Shown here: positions 20,324 through 30,080 of the stretch, piece by piece | How positions within the stretch are numbered: the first letter of the stretch is position 1 | How the letters are laid out: the number at the start of each line of letters is the position of its first letter | Origin: Candidatus Latescibacterota bacterium | GTDB lineage: Bacteria > Latescibacterota > CBDEFO01 | Length of the DNA stretch: 64,000 nt | Direction: 5' to 3' | Assembly (NCBI GenBank): GCA_965248755.1 | Contig: OZ252149.1 | Location: 960,001 to 1,024,000 of the forward strand | The notes under the pieces: generated by a model | Databases searched by the model: none | Seen by the model: only the letters and a program-made list of their open reading frames with translations | Told to the model about the DNA's origin: nothing | Position numbers and translations under genes: made by a program

Positions 20324-21483
20324 CTAAAAATAGGAAGCTATCGAGAAAAAGAAGCGGTTCTTCGGCTCGCTCCGAGTGCTAATATTTTCGCCCCTCTCCC
20401 AATTGAACTGCCAGTCTATCTTGAAGACAGAATCTTCCACAGGTCTAAAATTTAAGCCCAATGTCAGTCGTTCCTCATCATCGCCCTCTATATCCGCATC
20501 GAAATCTACGGAGTCCCATCTGACCACGCCTGTAGATACAGAGCCGGGCAAGATGACGTCGTGTAGAAAATGATAGCTTCCCTGAAGGTAATATCCTTGC
20601 TGAGACCCTGCGGCGTTCGGTAAATCAGCCTTTCTATATCTATCTCCGCTCTTGCATACTCGCCCAGAAGGTCTAAGGCTCCTCTGGTATATGCTCCGTC
20701 CAGAGCGAAAATCGTCAGATTGTGTTTGCCCTCGTCGTCGTAATCCCCCGTATGAACAGATGCTCCCAAATCTATGCCCAATTTCGGACTCAAGTTCACC
20801 CTTGCTGCAATCGCCTTATCCTCGTTGTTATCGTTTTTTTGACTCCCTCTTCCGCTCCTGATCCTGATATCACCGTCCCTTATAATCCCGTTATTGAAGC
20901 CGTTCACCACATATATCTCATAGCCCAAAAGTGAAAGATCAGTCGGATAGAGCGTCCCGTAGATACCCATGCCCGATTCGCTCAGGCTCGTGGGGATAAT
21001 CTGTCTGTCGACCATAGGTCTGTCCGTAAGATCGTTTATTGGGCTGTCGTGTATGAGATTAAATTTCCCAAGCGGGGACAATATGACTCCGCCGCGGATG
21101 TTCAACCATTCGTCTATCAGAAAGTCGAAGGTAGCAAACTCCAGCTTTATCTCGCCGTCTGTATCCCCTTTTCCCTTTACCAATCCTCCGTGCTCGTACT
21201 CTATCTCTGCGGATATGTGGATGCGGTCTGTAACCTCTGAGTAGATAAAGGGGAGAAACCTGTGCTGATCGAAGGTCTTATCCCCGTCTTCGGCCCACTC
21301 CAATTCGTGGTCCATGTATCCCCCTAGCACAGTAGCCCTTCCGGCTCGCCGTATATAGGGCTTGTCGTATATCCCCCCTGGCACTGACAGACGTGGCTTT
21401 TCAACCTCCTCCGCCCATATCGCTCCGCTGCAAGCAACAAATATGAATACTGCAGCAGACACCACCCACCACCTTGAAAGCAT
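20324..21483 (-). pseudogene. Outer-membrane porin-like protein (iron-operon type), frameshifted
   Basis: FDQHRF, EIEYEHG and NLIHDSP motifs; frame switch near 20620 to QQGYYLQGSYHF...LGLNFRP...SIASYF (terminal Phe). Confidence 0.78.
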
Positions 21484-21579
21484 TTCGATATCCCCCTCTT
21501 GTTTTTTGTTGTTACAGAGAGTCATTATCCATAGATTAAGAGTGATCCAGGAACTCCACTCGTAAAAAGGGCAAGTACT

Positions 21580-21933
21580 TTACGGCTCCTCGATTCTGAC
21601 ATATACCTCGTCCGCCATCTCGCTGTCCACCGCAAATTGAGAATGCTCCACCTGAAATACAAAAGAGTGGAACCTTCGAATAAAATCTAACGACATCACC
21701 GGAAGTATCCCCATAGACATAAGCTTTTGAAGTTTTTGAGAGTCGTGAGAGTGAATATAAACTATCTTCCCGCTCTTGCCGACATTCGGATTCCCTACCA
21801 GCGCTACTTTTCTTAGCCCGTTTGACACCCCATCATCCAGACGATGCTCACAGGGAAGACCTAAACATTTCATAAGTCCTGTCGAAAGAGATTCCATTTT
21901 GGGCATCAATTCACCGTAAGCGAGAAAAATCAC
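21580..21933 (-). pseudogene. FeoB N-terminus/FeoA chimeric relic
   Basis: KVALVGNPNVGKS (FeoB G1) fused directly to FeoA-like GKIVYI...QKLMSMGILP...FAVDSEMADEVYV. Confidence 0.65.
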
Positions 21934-22023
21934 CTCTTGTTATATAGTTTACGGTTGATCAAGATGTGGGAGAGATTCATTATACGATAATATAGAATGG
22001 CATCCATTTCGATTGGAACTCTA

Positions 22024-22545
22024 TTAGGACTGATGCATAAGGCATTCGCCCTCGTCGCACACGGGACATTTCTCCAAATCGGTACATCCGTCTTGGTGTT
22101 TTTCAAACGCAGCCAGGAATGCATGAGTCTCTTTATTATCCTGAAATAGGAATCGTAAGAAGCTCAGAAGCTTTTCAGCCGTTTGGTCGCTGATCAAGTG
22201 TTCCACCTTGCAGGCGTCTATCTCCGCCTGCACCGGGCTCACTTTTAGCACTTCATCGAAGAATTTTATGAATATCTTTCTCTTGGACTGGATAGCCTGT
22301 GCAAGATTCTCCCCTTCAGGCGAAAGTTGGAGGAATTTGTTACTGTCTTGAAGGATATATCCTCTCATCTTAAGTGGTCTGAGAGTAATAGATACACTTC
22401 CCCTGGTTATGTCTAAATTCCTGGCAATATCAGATACACGGGCGTATCCGTGGGCCTGAGTCAGTTCCAAGATTGACATCAGATGATGCGCCACGCTGTG
22501 AGTGATATTGTTCTCGTCAAAGCTCTTCCAAACCTCTTCTAACAT
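22024..22545 (-). CDS. DtxR/MntR family metal-dependent transcriptional regulator
   Basis: GYARVSDIARNLDITRGSVS HTH, AEIDACKVEHLIS, C-terminal CPVC; start moved to MLEEVW. Confidence 0.9.
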   Translation of the reverse strand: MLEEVWKSFDENNITHSVAHHLMSILELTQAHGYARVSDIARNLDITRGSVSITLRPLKMRGYILQDSNKFLQLSPEGENLAQAIQSKRKIFIKFFDEVLKVSPVQAEIDACKVEHLISDQTAEKLLSFLRFLFQDNKETHAFLAAFEKHQDGCTDLEKCPVCDEGECLMHQS

Positions 22546-22790
22546 TTTGATCACTTCCCCAGTTAGTTTGGTATAGTTATCGCATGATTTATTATTAATA
22601 CATATGACATAACTATAAAACACTTATATCTGTCTGTCAAGGTATTTTTGCTAATTTTTGAGAATTATATAAGCCTATAACAAACCGCTTGACTTTGACT
22701 CTCTTCCAGTCTAATTTAAGCTTATGTTTCTGGCTACCTACTGATCTTTTCTTTCTGCTAATTTGGTATTCTTTTAGGAGTCAAAAGACG

Positions 22791-23978
22791 ATGACTGGAC
22801 CCTTGAGAGGAGTGAGAGTCTTAGATACAAGCAGAGTCCTGTCAGGGCCCTATGCCACGATGATCTTGGCTGACATGGGGGCCGAGGTAATTAAAATTGA
22901 GCTTCCAGGGACAGGAGATGAAGCAAGGGGCATAGGTCCTTTCAAGGACAAAGAGAGCACCTACTTCATCAGTATAAATAGGGGCAAAAAGAGCGTAACC
23001 CTGGACATGAGAAAGAGGGAAGGCGCTGAAATTTTGGCGAAATTGGCCCGCAAGTGCGATGTGCTCGTGGAGAACTTCACACCGGGGACGATGAAGAAGT
23101 TTGGGCTCGATTACGAATCTCTAAAAGGTGAAAATCCAAGACTTATATACACCTCTATATCGGGCTTCGGACAGACGGGTCCCTACTCAGAGAGACCCGC
23201 CTACGACGCCATCATACAGGGAATGGGGGGAATAGCCAGTCTAACTGGAAGAGAGGGAGATCCGCCCATCAGGGTCGGCACATCTATAGGTGACCTGGGA
23301 GCGTCTATGTACGCCGTGGTGGGTGTAGTTTCCGCTCTTTACGCCAGAGAGTTCACGGGCGTGGGACAACACATAGATATAGCCATGCTGGACTGTCAGG
23401 TCTCGCTTCTGGAGAATGCCATCGCTCGCTATGCTGTAAATGGAGAAGTTCCCAAACCGCTAGGATCCCGTCATCCGACCATTACGCCCTTTGAATTCCT
23501 CCAGACCAAGAACGGATACATAGTAATAGCTGCGGGCAATAATACGTTGTGGGCAAAGCTCTGCCAGGTGTTGGGACTCCCACACTTAATTGAAGATAAG
23601 AGATTTCGAACCAATGCCGACAGGACGGATAACTATGAAGAACTTCGACCTATCCTAGCCCAAAGTCTTCTAACCAAGACCTCTCTGGAGTGGGAGGAGC
23701 TGCTTCAGCGGGCAAATGTCCCCTGCGGTCCTATAAATACAATAGACAAAGTTGTGGAGGACGAACACGTTAAGGCTAGGGAGATGATATTGGAGTCAGA
23801 ACATAAGAAGATCGGAAAGCTCAAGGTTGCAGGATCTCCCTTGAAATTCTCAGAGGATAGAGTGGAGATAACCGACTCTGCTCCTCTTCTGGGGGAGCAT
23901 ACTGATGAGGTCTTAAAGAACATTGCAGATTTGAGCGACGAGGAGATAGCAGATTTAAAGAAGAAGAAAGTCATCTAA
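22791..23978 (+). CDS. CoA-transferase family III (CaiB/BaiF/Frc)
   Basis: PLRGVRVLD, LADMGAEVIKIE, NRGKKS, VENFTPG, SISGFGQTGP and APLLGEH motifs. Confidence 0.92.
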   Translation: MTGPLRGVRVLDTSRVLSGPYATMILADMGAEVIKIELPGTGDEARGIGPFKDKESTYFISINRGKKSVTLDMRKREGAEILAKLARKCDVLVENFTPGTMKKFGLDYESLKGENPRLIYTSISGFGQTGPYSERPAYDAIIQGMGGIASLTGREGDPPIRVGTSIGDLGASMYAVVGVVSALYAREFTGVGQHIDIAMLDCQVSLLENAIARYAVNGEVPKPLGSRHPTITPFEFLQTKNGYIVIAAGNNTLWAKLCQVLGLPHLIEDKRFRTNADRTDNYEELRPILAQSLLTKTSLEWEELLQRANVPCGPINTIDKVVEDEHVKAREMILESEHKKIGKLKVAGSPLKFSEDRVEITDSAPLLGEHTDEVLKNIADLSDEEIADLKKKKVI

Positions 23979-24004
23979 CCCGATAAATTTATAAACTTGG
24001 TGGA

Positions 24005-24125
24005 GTCATTGCGAGGAGCAACGCGACGAAGAAATCTCAAGGTTTTATGGTAGTCGCCTATGAGAGCCGGAGAGTCTTACATCTACCACAGAATCGAGAT
24101 TGCTTCGCCTTCGGCTCGCAATGAC
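24005..24125. repeat. MITE-like palindromic element GTCATTGCGAG...GAAGCAATCTC / GAGATTGCTTCG...CTCGCAATGAC
   Basis: 11-bp terminal IR. Related copies or halves at ~13480, 20264, 25842-25988, 40163-40288, 46554, 53783-53862, 55581-55679 and 63078-63161. Confidence 0.85.
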
Positions 24126-24226
24126 ACCGAAGGTAGTTAAACGGCATAACTATAATATCTTACAATCCCTTAATTAGTACACGGCCTTTTTTTGTGAATT
24201 ATTCGGGCTAAAGGAGGTAAAAAGCT

Positions 24227-24400
24227 GTGGAATGTACGCCGAGAATTATCAGAGAAAGAAAACAGGTGGGAAAGTTTCCCGGAGACAAGTCGCAGACGAT
24301 AGTTAAGATATACTGCCCCATCTTGGGAGAGATAGTTCTCAGAGGAGAGCAGGCGGAAAAAGCGGTCAAGAACATAAGAGAAAAAGGCGGTAACTTCTAA
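24227..24400 (+). CDS. Small hypothetical protein (57 aa)
   Basis: Strong SD AAAGGAGGT 8 nt before GTG; MECTPRIIRERKQVGK...IYCPILGE...KGGNF; ends 13 nt before the ECF gene. Confidence 0.55.
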   Translation: MECTPRIIRERKQVGKFPGDKSQTIVKIYCPILGEIVLRGEQAEKAVKNIREKGGNF

Positions 24401-24413
24401 GGTAGAGAGTTCT

Positions 24414-24935
24414 ATGACCACAAGGGAGCTTGCCAGATTGTCTCTGCTTACTGCCCTGACCGCTGTGGCTACCATGATCATAAAGGTTCCTACTCCAGCT
24501 ACCAAGGGCTATGTGAACCTGGGCGATTCGATGGTGTTCGTCTCGGCCCTTCTGTTCGGGGCAAAAACTGGAGCCATAGCAGGGGGCCTGGGATCATCTT
24601 TAGCTGACCTTTTGGGAGGATACTTCCTTTGGGCTCCGATGACACTATTTATAAAGGGGATAGAGGGACTCTTGGTCGGAAAACTTTTCAGTATGACTCG
24701 AAAGTCGCTTCTGGACAGAACCGGCATCCTTCTGGCTATTCCCATAATCCTTCTGGGCGGCGCCTGGATGCTGTCCGGCTACTTTATGTGTGAAACTCAG
24801 CTGTTCGGGTGGGGCGCCGCCTTGGGAGCACTGCCCGGCAACACCTTTCAGGCGATATTGGGGCTCGCAGTGTCCATTCCTACAGCAGCGGCGCTCACGA
24901 GGATGGGAATCGGTCAGGACGAATATATGGAGTAG
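24414..24935 (+). CDS. ECF transporter S component
   Basis: GYVNLGD, GLGSSLADL and WAPMTLFIKG motifs; hydrophobic. Confidence 0.88.
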   Translation: MTTRELARLSLLTALTAVATMIIKVPTPATKGYVNLGDSMVFVSALLFGAKTGAIAGGLGSSLADLLGGYFLWAPMTLFIKGIEGLLVGKLFSMTRKSLLDRTGILLAIPIILLGGAWMLSGYFMCETQLFGWGAALGALPGNTFQAILGLAVSIPTAAALTRMGIGQDEYME

Positions 24936-24980
24936 CCCCCGATTGAATCTATCGGGGGTAGATTGAAATCGGAGAATTAA

Positions 24981-25787
24981 ATGGATCTTTGCCGAAGGAT
25001 ATTGCCTCTTTTTCTTACCTTTATAATCTTCCTTACAGCTTATGAACCCGTCTACGCACAGAGGCCATTTATCACAGAAAACGCAGAACTCCTGGCTCCG
25101 GGCAGAATAGAACTGGAGATCGGCTTTGAGTATTGGGGCAAAAGCTACAACTTCCAAACGGACGCTAAATCAAGAACCCAAGTCAGATTGGGCGTCCTCG
25201 GAGCAAATATCGGAGTCGGAAAGATAGTCGAAATACAGCTCGCCTTCCCCTCCGCAGTCTTACAAAGTGACGACATCATCGGGAACGACAGGGACGTCGG
25301 TGATGCGACGTTCTTCACGAAGGTGAGACTCTTCAAAGAACGAGGATCCTATCCCTCAGTAGCAGTCAGGTTCGGAACGAAGCTACCCAACGCCGAAGAG
25401 GAGTTCGGCATTGGCACAGATGAAAACGACTTTATGGGATCGTTCCCGATCACCAAGAATTTCGGCTCGCTGCGCACTTCTTTGGACTTGGGGTTAGGCA
25501 TCCTCGGAAATCCGACAAGGAACAACGCCCAGCACGATGTCTACACTTTTGGACTGTCGCTTATGTACCCGTCGAAAGGGACTTTGAGCTTTCTGTCGGA
25601 GATATACGCTAGAAAAGGGACATCACGGTTCGATGACCTCTTATCCGTCCGCGCCGGTCTTCAGTTCAAGAGCAAAAAGGGACACAGATTAGATGTAGTG
25701 GGGAGCATCGGAATGGCTGAAGAAAGCCCCGAATGGGAGATTACTACCGGATTGGCGTGGGATTTCAAGGCGTTCAGCCTGCAATAG
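24981..25787 (+). CDS. Exported outer-membrane beta-barrel protein (MetA-pathway transporter-like)
   Basis: Signal peptide, RPFITENA start, GDATFFTK, alternating beta-strands, C-terminal GLAWDF. Confidence 0.65.
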   Translation: MDLCRRILPLFLTFIIFLTAYEPVYAQRPFITENAELLAPGRIELEIGFEYWGKSYNFQTDAKSRTQVRLGVLGANIGVGKIVEIQLAFPSAVLQSDDIIGNDRDVGDATFFTKVRLFKERGSYPSVAVRFGTKLPNAEEEFGIGTDENDFMGSFPITKNFGSLRTSLDLGLGILGNPTRNNAQHDVYTFGLSLMYPSKGTLSFLSEIYARKGTSRFDDLLSVRAGLQFKSKKGHRLDVVGSIGMAEESPEWEITTGLAWDFKAFSLQ

Positions 25788-26063
25788 CCCGAAAATGGTA
25801 GACAGCAAACAGGGACTCCCCCTGCTCCCTCCGGTCTACGACATTGCTGCGGGCCCCCGATAGATTCAATCAGGGGTCACCCCTCGCAAAGACTAAGGGT
25901 CGAATCCCAGCACCGTCACTCCGAGCACGTCCTGTGTCATTGCGAGACAAAGCCCAGAGCGTAGCGAAGGGTCAGCGAAGCAATCTCAAGGGGTGGGAGG
26001 AAGTACCCCCTGTCTACTAACTGCTGTCTACTTGGTAGGGCTGGGAGGAGATGGAGAAATATA

Positions 26064-27173
26064 GTGAGACCCGCGTGGATAGAGGTGGACCTTGAGGCCG
26101 TAAAGCAGAACATAAGGAGCATTAAAAGCGTTGTAGGGGATAAAACCCAGGTCATGGCCGTGACGAAAGCCAACGGCTACGGGCACGGGTTAATAGAGGT
26201 CTCCAGGTCATCCCTCCAGGCGGGGGCGACGATGCTCGGGGCGGCGATATTAGACGAAGCGCTTGCGATCAGAGAGAACGGTATAAAAGACCCCATACTC
26301 ATCTTGGGATGTCCTCTCCCCGATCAAGCCCCGGATATAGTAAATAATTACATCTCTCACGTAGTAACGAACATAGAAGCGGCGGAATCCCTTTCAAGGG
26401 AAGCGGTAAAAAGAGGTATCCCAGCTAAGGTTCACATAAAGATCGACACAGGGATGGGAAGAATCGGGGTGACTATGGATAAAGCCCTCAGCTTTGCTCA
26501 AGAGCTTACGGCTCATCCCGGAATAGAGATAGAGGGTGTGATGATGCATTTTTCCAGTGCCGACCAGCCCGACCTGAGCTTTTCAAGGCAGCAGATTGGT
26601 AAATTCGCCGATGTTCTTTCGAAGCTCTCCTGTGCAGGCATAGCTCCCAAATGGAGACACACAGCAAATAGCGCCGCCATAGCCTTCTTACCTGAGTCCC
26701 ACTTTGACATGGTCCGCCCCGGGCTCTTGATCTACGGGATACCGCCGACTCCAGAGTCGTGCGATATCCCTTTGAGACCCGCTATGACCATTAAAGCGCG
26801 CATAACGCAGATCAGGAGTGTGCCGAAGGGCCAAAACATAAGCTACGGCAGGAGCTTCGTAACAAATAGGAAAAGCGTGTTAGGAATAGTCCCACTGGGC
26901 TATGGAGACGGCTATTCCCGCGCGCATAGCAACAGAGGAAAGGTGTTGGTCAAAGGCACGTTTGCCCCGATCCTGGGGAGAGTCTGCATGGATCAGTTCG
27001 TCGTAGACCTTACGGATATTCCCCGGGTCGCGTTGGGAGAGGAAGTCGTAGTTATGGGGAGGCAGAGGCATAATCAGATAACCACCTGGGATGTCGCAGA
27101 GTGGATGAACAGCATCCCCCACGAGGTAGTTTCAGCGCTCGGGACTCGGCTCCCAAGGGTTTTCATAAGCTGA
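26064..27173 (+). CDS. alr: Alanine racemase
   Basis: AVTKANGYGHG, KIDTGMGRIG, ANSAA, VRPGLLIYG, GYGDG and GRVCMDQ motifs. Confidence 0.95.
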   Translation: MRPAWIEVDLEAVKQNIRSIKSVVGDKTQVMAVTKANGYGHGLIEVSRSSLQAGATMLGAAILDEALAIRENGIKDPILILGCPLPDQAPDIVNNYISHVVTNIEAAESLSREAVKRGIPAKVHIKIDTGMGRIGVTMDKALSFAQELTAHPGIEIEGVMMHFSSADQPDLSFSRQQIGKFADVLSKLSCAGIAPKWRHTANSAAIAFLPESHFDMVRPGLLIYGIPPTPESCDIPLRPAMTIKARITQIRSVPKGQNISYGRSFVTNRKSVLGIVPLGYGDGYSRAHSNRGKVLVKGTFAPILGRVCMDQFVVDLTDIPRVALGEEVVVMGRQRHNQITTWDVAEWMNSIPHEVVSALGTRLPRVFIS

Positions 27174-27182
27174 GGAAAAAAC

Positions 27183-27917
27183 ATGAAACTTGCCCAACTG
27201 AATTGGCCCGACATGGAGAAGGTGTCAAGAGACCTTGTAGTGATATTCCCTATAGGATCATTCGAACAGCACGGTCCACACCTTCCGTTCGTCACTGACA
27301 CAGCCGAGGTAACGGTGATAGTGGATCGTCTGGATGAAACGATACCGGATGATATTCTATGCCTGCCCACGCAGTGGCTCGGTTACTCTCCTCATCACAT
27401 GAGGTTTAAGGGGACAATAACTGCGAAGTCGGAGACACACATAAATATCATCGTGGAAACTGTAAGCTGTATGATAGATGCTGGCTTCAACAGGATCATT
27501 GTCCTCAACGGACATGGGGGAAACGTACCTAATATGGGAGTAGCGCTCCAGAGACTCATGGAGGCATGGCCTGATGCGAACGTCTACGGGATAAATTGGT
27601 ACGAATTTGACGAGTTGGAGAAGATAAGAGAGGCAGGGCCCCACGGATGGGGACACGCAGGCGAGATGGAAACGTCCGTTATGATGACGGCCCATCCCGA
27701 TTTAGTCAAGACGGACAGGTTCCAGAAGGACGGCTTCCCGCCTAAATCAAAATTAGCTTCTAAGACCTTACTATTTAAGAAGATAGATCATATTACTGCC
27801 AGAGGAAACTACGGAGATCCAAATTTTGCCTCAGCAGAGAAGGGAGAACGTTTCCTGAAAACCGCGGTGGATGTCCTCATCGGGATCGTCGAAGATATTA
27901 AAAAGGGAGCCTTATAG
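27183..27917 (+). CDS. Creatininase family protein (paralog 3)
   Basis: GSFEQHGPHLP, NGHGGN and HAGEMETS motifs. Confidence 0.9.
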   Translation: MKLAQLNWPDMEKVSRDLVVIFPIGSFEQHGPHLPFVTDTAEVTVIVDRLDETIPDDILCLPTQWLGYSPHHMRFKGTITAKSETHINIIVETVSCMIDAGFNRIIVLNGHGGNVPNMGVALQRLMEAWPDANVYGINWYEFDELEKIREAGPHGWGHAGEMETSVMMTAHPDLVKTDRFQKDGFPPKSKLASKTLLFKKIDHITARGNYGDPNFASAEKGERFLKTAVDVLIGIVEDIKKGAL

Positions 27918-28067
27918 GCCCGCCATTTCTGACGAGCCGGATGTTCCAGACTCCGTGGGCTTTTATGAAAACGACACAACGTCGCACAATGTTTTTCGAT
28001 CCATCTGCCTTCATTCGTTACTGAACTGGAAAGTCTAACTCTCAAAGTTAGGTTGCTTCCTCTGAGT

Positions 28068-29063
28068 CTACAGCCTTTCCCACTTCCATATCTTGACCCA
28101 CCCCTCAGCTGATTCCGGCCCCCAGTTTGGATGAAATAGCTGTAACTGATATAGATTCCCATTTCCATCTACAACAAAATCATCACCATCACCTGGTCTG
28201 GGTACGGTTTTCTTAGGACATTCAGGAATTTTCCCAAGGTACTCTCCACCACTACCGTAAATTTCCATACTAAACTTTCGCTCATCTAGTGCATTAACAA
28301 ATGAGTTGCCTTGTCCATCAATTGCGACTAGATCTCCCACGCGTGAGCCCTGCTTAGTAAATGTTACTGGCAATCCAGAGATGCCTTTTTCAGGGCGTTG
28401 CGCATATCGCTCAAACGCTCCCCAAGGGTCTCCGCCTTCCGGATAATTATGTAACAAAGTATAATCAGAAAAGGCTGAGGTAGTTATTCGGCGAACATAT
28501 CCCCTTGATAGCACAGTCGTGCCTTCCTTGTTAAGAAATAGAGCACGTGAGTCACCGAATATGGATATATCCCCCTTAGAATTAACGCGCAGGGAAAGCT
28601 CAGTAAAACGTCCAAACTCACACTGAAAGTGGCTCACAAACTTAGCCTGATTGTCTAATTTAGAGCCTCTCAAAACCTCCATCGCCCTATTCTCAGTCAC
28701 TACATAAATGTTACCCTGGTTATCCGCCTCCAAACTTGCCCCTATGCGTATCCGCCATCCATCTTCAGGCGGCCTCCATGCAAGTATGAACTTTCCATTC
28801 CTGTTAAACTTCTGTATCCTAGCATTCACATCGTCTTGAATCCAGAAGTTACCATTGGAATCAACAGTAAAATCATACGGATATACAGGCTCACCTTCTG
28901 GCTTTGGCTCACTCCGTCCAAACTCTCCTGGATTTGCCCCTTCTGGAGCGGAGAAAACAACTTTGGGGTTTTTAAACAGAATCTGGGCTTTGGCTGAGGC
29001 AATACAACAGCACAGTAGCGCCGCTGTGATTCCTACGGAAATAGAGAAAATTCTTTGCTTCAT
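28068..29063 (-). CDS. Exported NHL-repeat/beta-propeller protein (candidate partner or immunity protein of the NlpC/P60)
   Basis: Signal peptide ending AKA-Q; PYDFTVDSNGNFWIQDDVNARIQKFNRNGKF and further DxxGN repeats. Confidence 0.75.
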   Translation of the reverse strand: MKQRIFSISVGITAALLCCCIASAKAQILFKNPKVVFSAPEGANPGEFGRSEPKPEGEPVYPYDFTVDSNGNFWIQDDVNARIQKFNRNGKFILAWRPPEDGWRIRIGASLEADNQGNIYVVTENRAMEVLRGSKLDNQAKFVSHFQCEFGRFTELSLRVNSKGDISIFGDSRALFLNKEGTTVLSRGYVRRITTSAFSDYTLLHNYPEGGDPWGAFERYAQRPEKGISGLPVTFTKQGSRVGDLVAIDGQGNSFVNALDERKFSMEIYGSGGEYLGKIPECPKKTVPRPGDGDDFVVDGNGNLYQLQLFHPNWGPESAEGWVKIWKWERL

Positions 29064-29149
29064 ATGTATAACTCCTAGTATTTACCGAAGTCTTTCAGGA
29101 CCGAATCCTATATGAAGGAACACATTAACTATTTAATTCAGTACAGTGA

Positions 29150-29740
29150 TCAACACCCCTTGGGTCTTAGAACTACTCGATCATGGGTTGAATTCTCACC
29201 CCAATAGGTGTTAGTTGACATATTTCTATCATTTTTTTTGTTAATGCTGTCAGGATCGTCATTATTCTGGTTACCAGATGCTGTGTGTATATCGACCACA
29301 TTATTGCCTTCCAGTTTTGTAATAATTCCACCGTGGGTAAATTCATTGCTATCAACTTTTAAGGCAATGATATCGCCTCTTTTATAGTCGCCTGTCGCTG
29401 TGACTTCATCGAAGTGAGTACGGTTATTAGCGATACCGTCCATATTTGTGTCGCCAATATCTTTCCCGGACACTGCAAGAGTCGTAAGGACAAGTCCTGA
29501 ACAGTCCAAACCCTCATCACAAGTACTCGTGAACTCGTTGTTATTATATTCATCTTCCCGTTCAGAGGGTGTACCGTGTCCTCCTCCCCAAGTATAATCA
29601 CAACCATTCAGGTTTTCCGCAATGTCTGCTATACAATCGCCTATGCTAGAGCAGCCGCCACCAGAGCTCCCTATCTGTTTCAAACTAACTACGCAAAGCA
29701 AGCAAATCAGCGCTGTGAGAAGAAATAACCACTTTTTCAT
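29150..29740 (-). CDS. Exported NlpC/P60 (C40) cysteine peptidase
   Basis: YTWGG, GLDCSGLV, GDII, THGGI and IHTAS motifs; N-terminal signal peptide. Confidence 0.85.
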   Translation of the reverse strand: MKKWLFLLTALICLLCVVSLKQIGSSGGGCSSIGDCIADIAENLNGCDYTWGGGHGTPSEREDEYNNNEFTSTCDEGLDCSGLVLTTLAVSGKDIGDTNMDGIANNRTHFDEVTATGDYKRGDIIALKVDSNEFTHGGIITKLEGNNVVDIHTASGNQNNDDPDSINKKNDRNMSTNTYWGENSTHDRVVLRPKGC

Positions 29741-29770
29741 ACTGTAACCCTCCTTATTGTCAAGACTTTA

Positions 29771-30080
29771 TAACGTCCCACCGCTTCTTTTATGTATCAT
29801 GAGCAAGACTCTCCTTGATTTCCGCACTAGTTCTGGATAATTCACATGCTCGTCTATCAGCTTCTCCAGAATTTCTTTGGCTTGTTCGTACTCGCCCACT
29901 CTAAAATTGATTTGACCTATCGAGTAACGTTCCACCGCTTCTTTTATGTATCATGAGCAAGACTCTCCTTGATTTCCGCACTAGTTCTGGATAATTCACA
30001 TGCTCGTCTATCAGCTTCTCCAGAATTTCTTTGGCTTGCTCGTACTCGCCCACTCTAAAATTGATTTGACCTATCGAGTA
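29771..30080. repeat. 154-bp tandem duplication of the variable 3' tip of the TPR gene
   Basis: 29771-29926 vs 29925-30080, two mismatches, TA microhomology at the junction. Confidence 0.92.

Noticed and set aside
24126..24413. Riboswitch upstream of the ECF S component
   Set aside because: No TPP, FMN, cobalamin or SAM consensus recognised; the region is explained by a MITE and a small ORF
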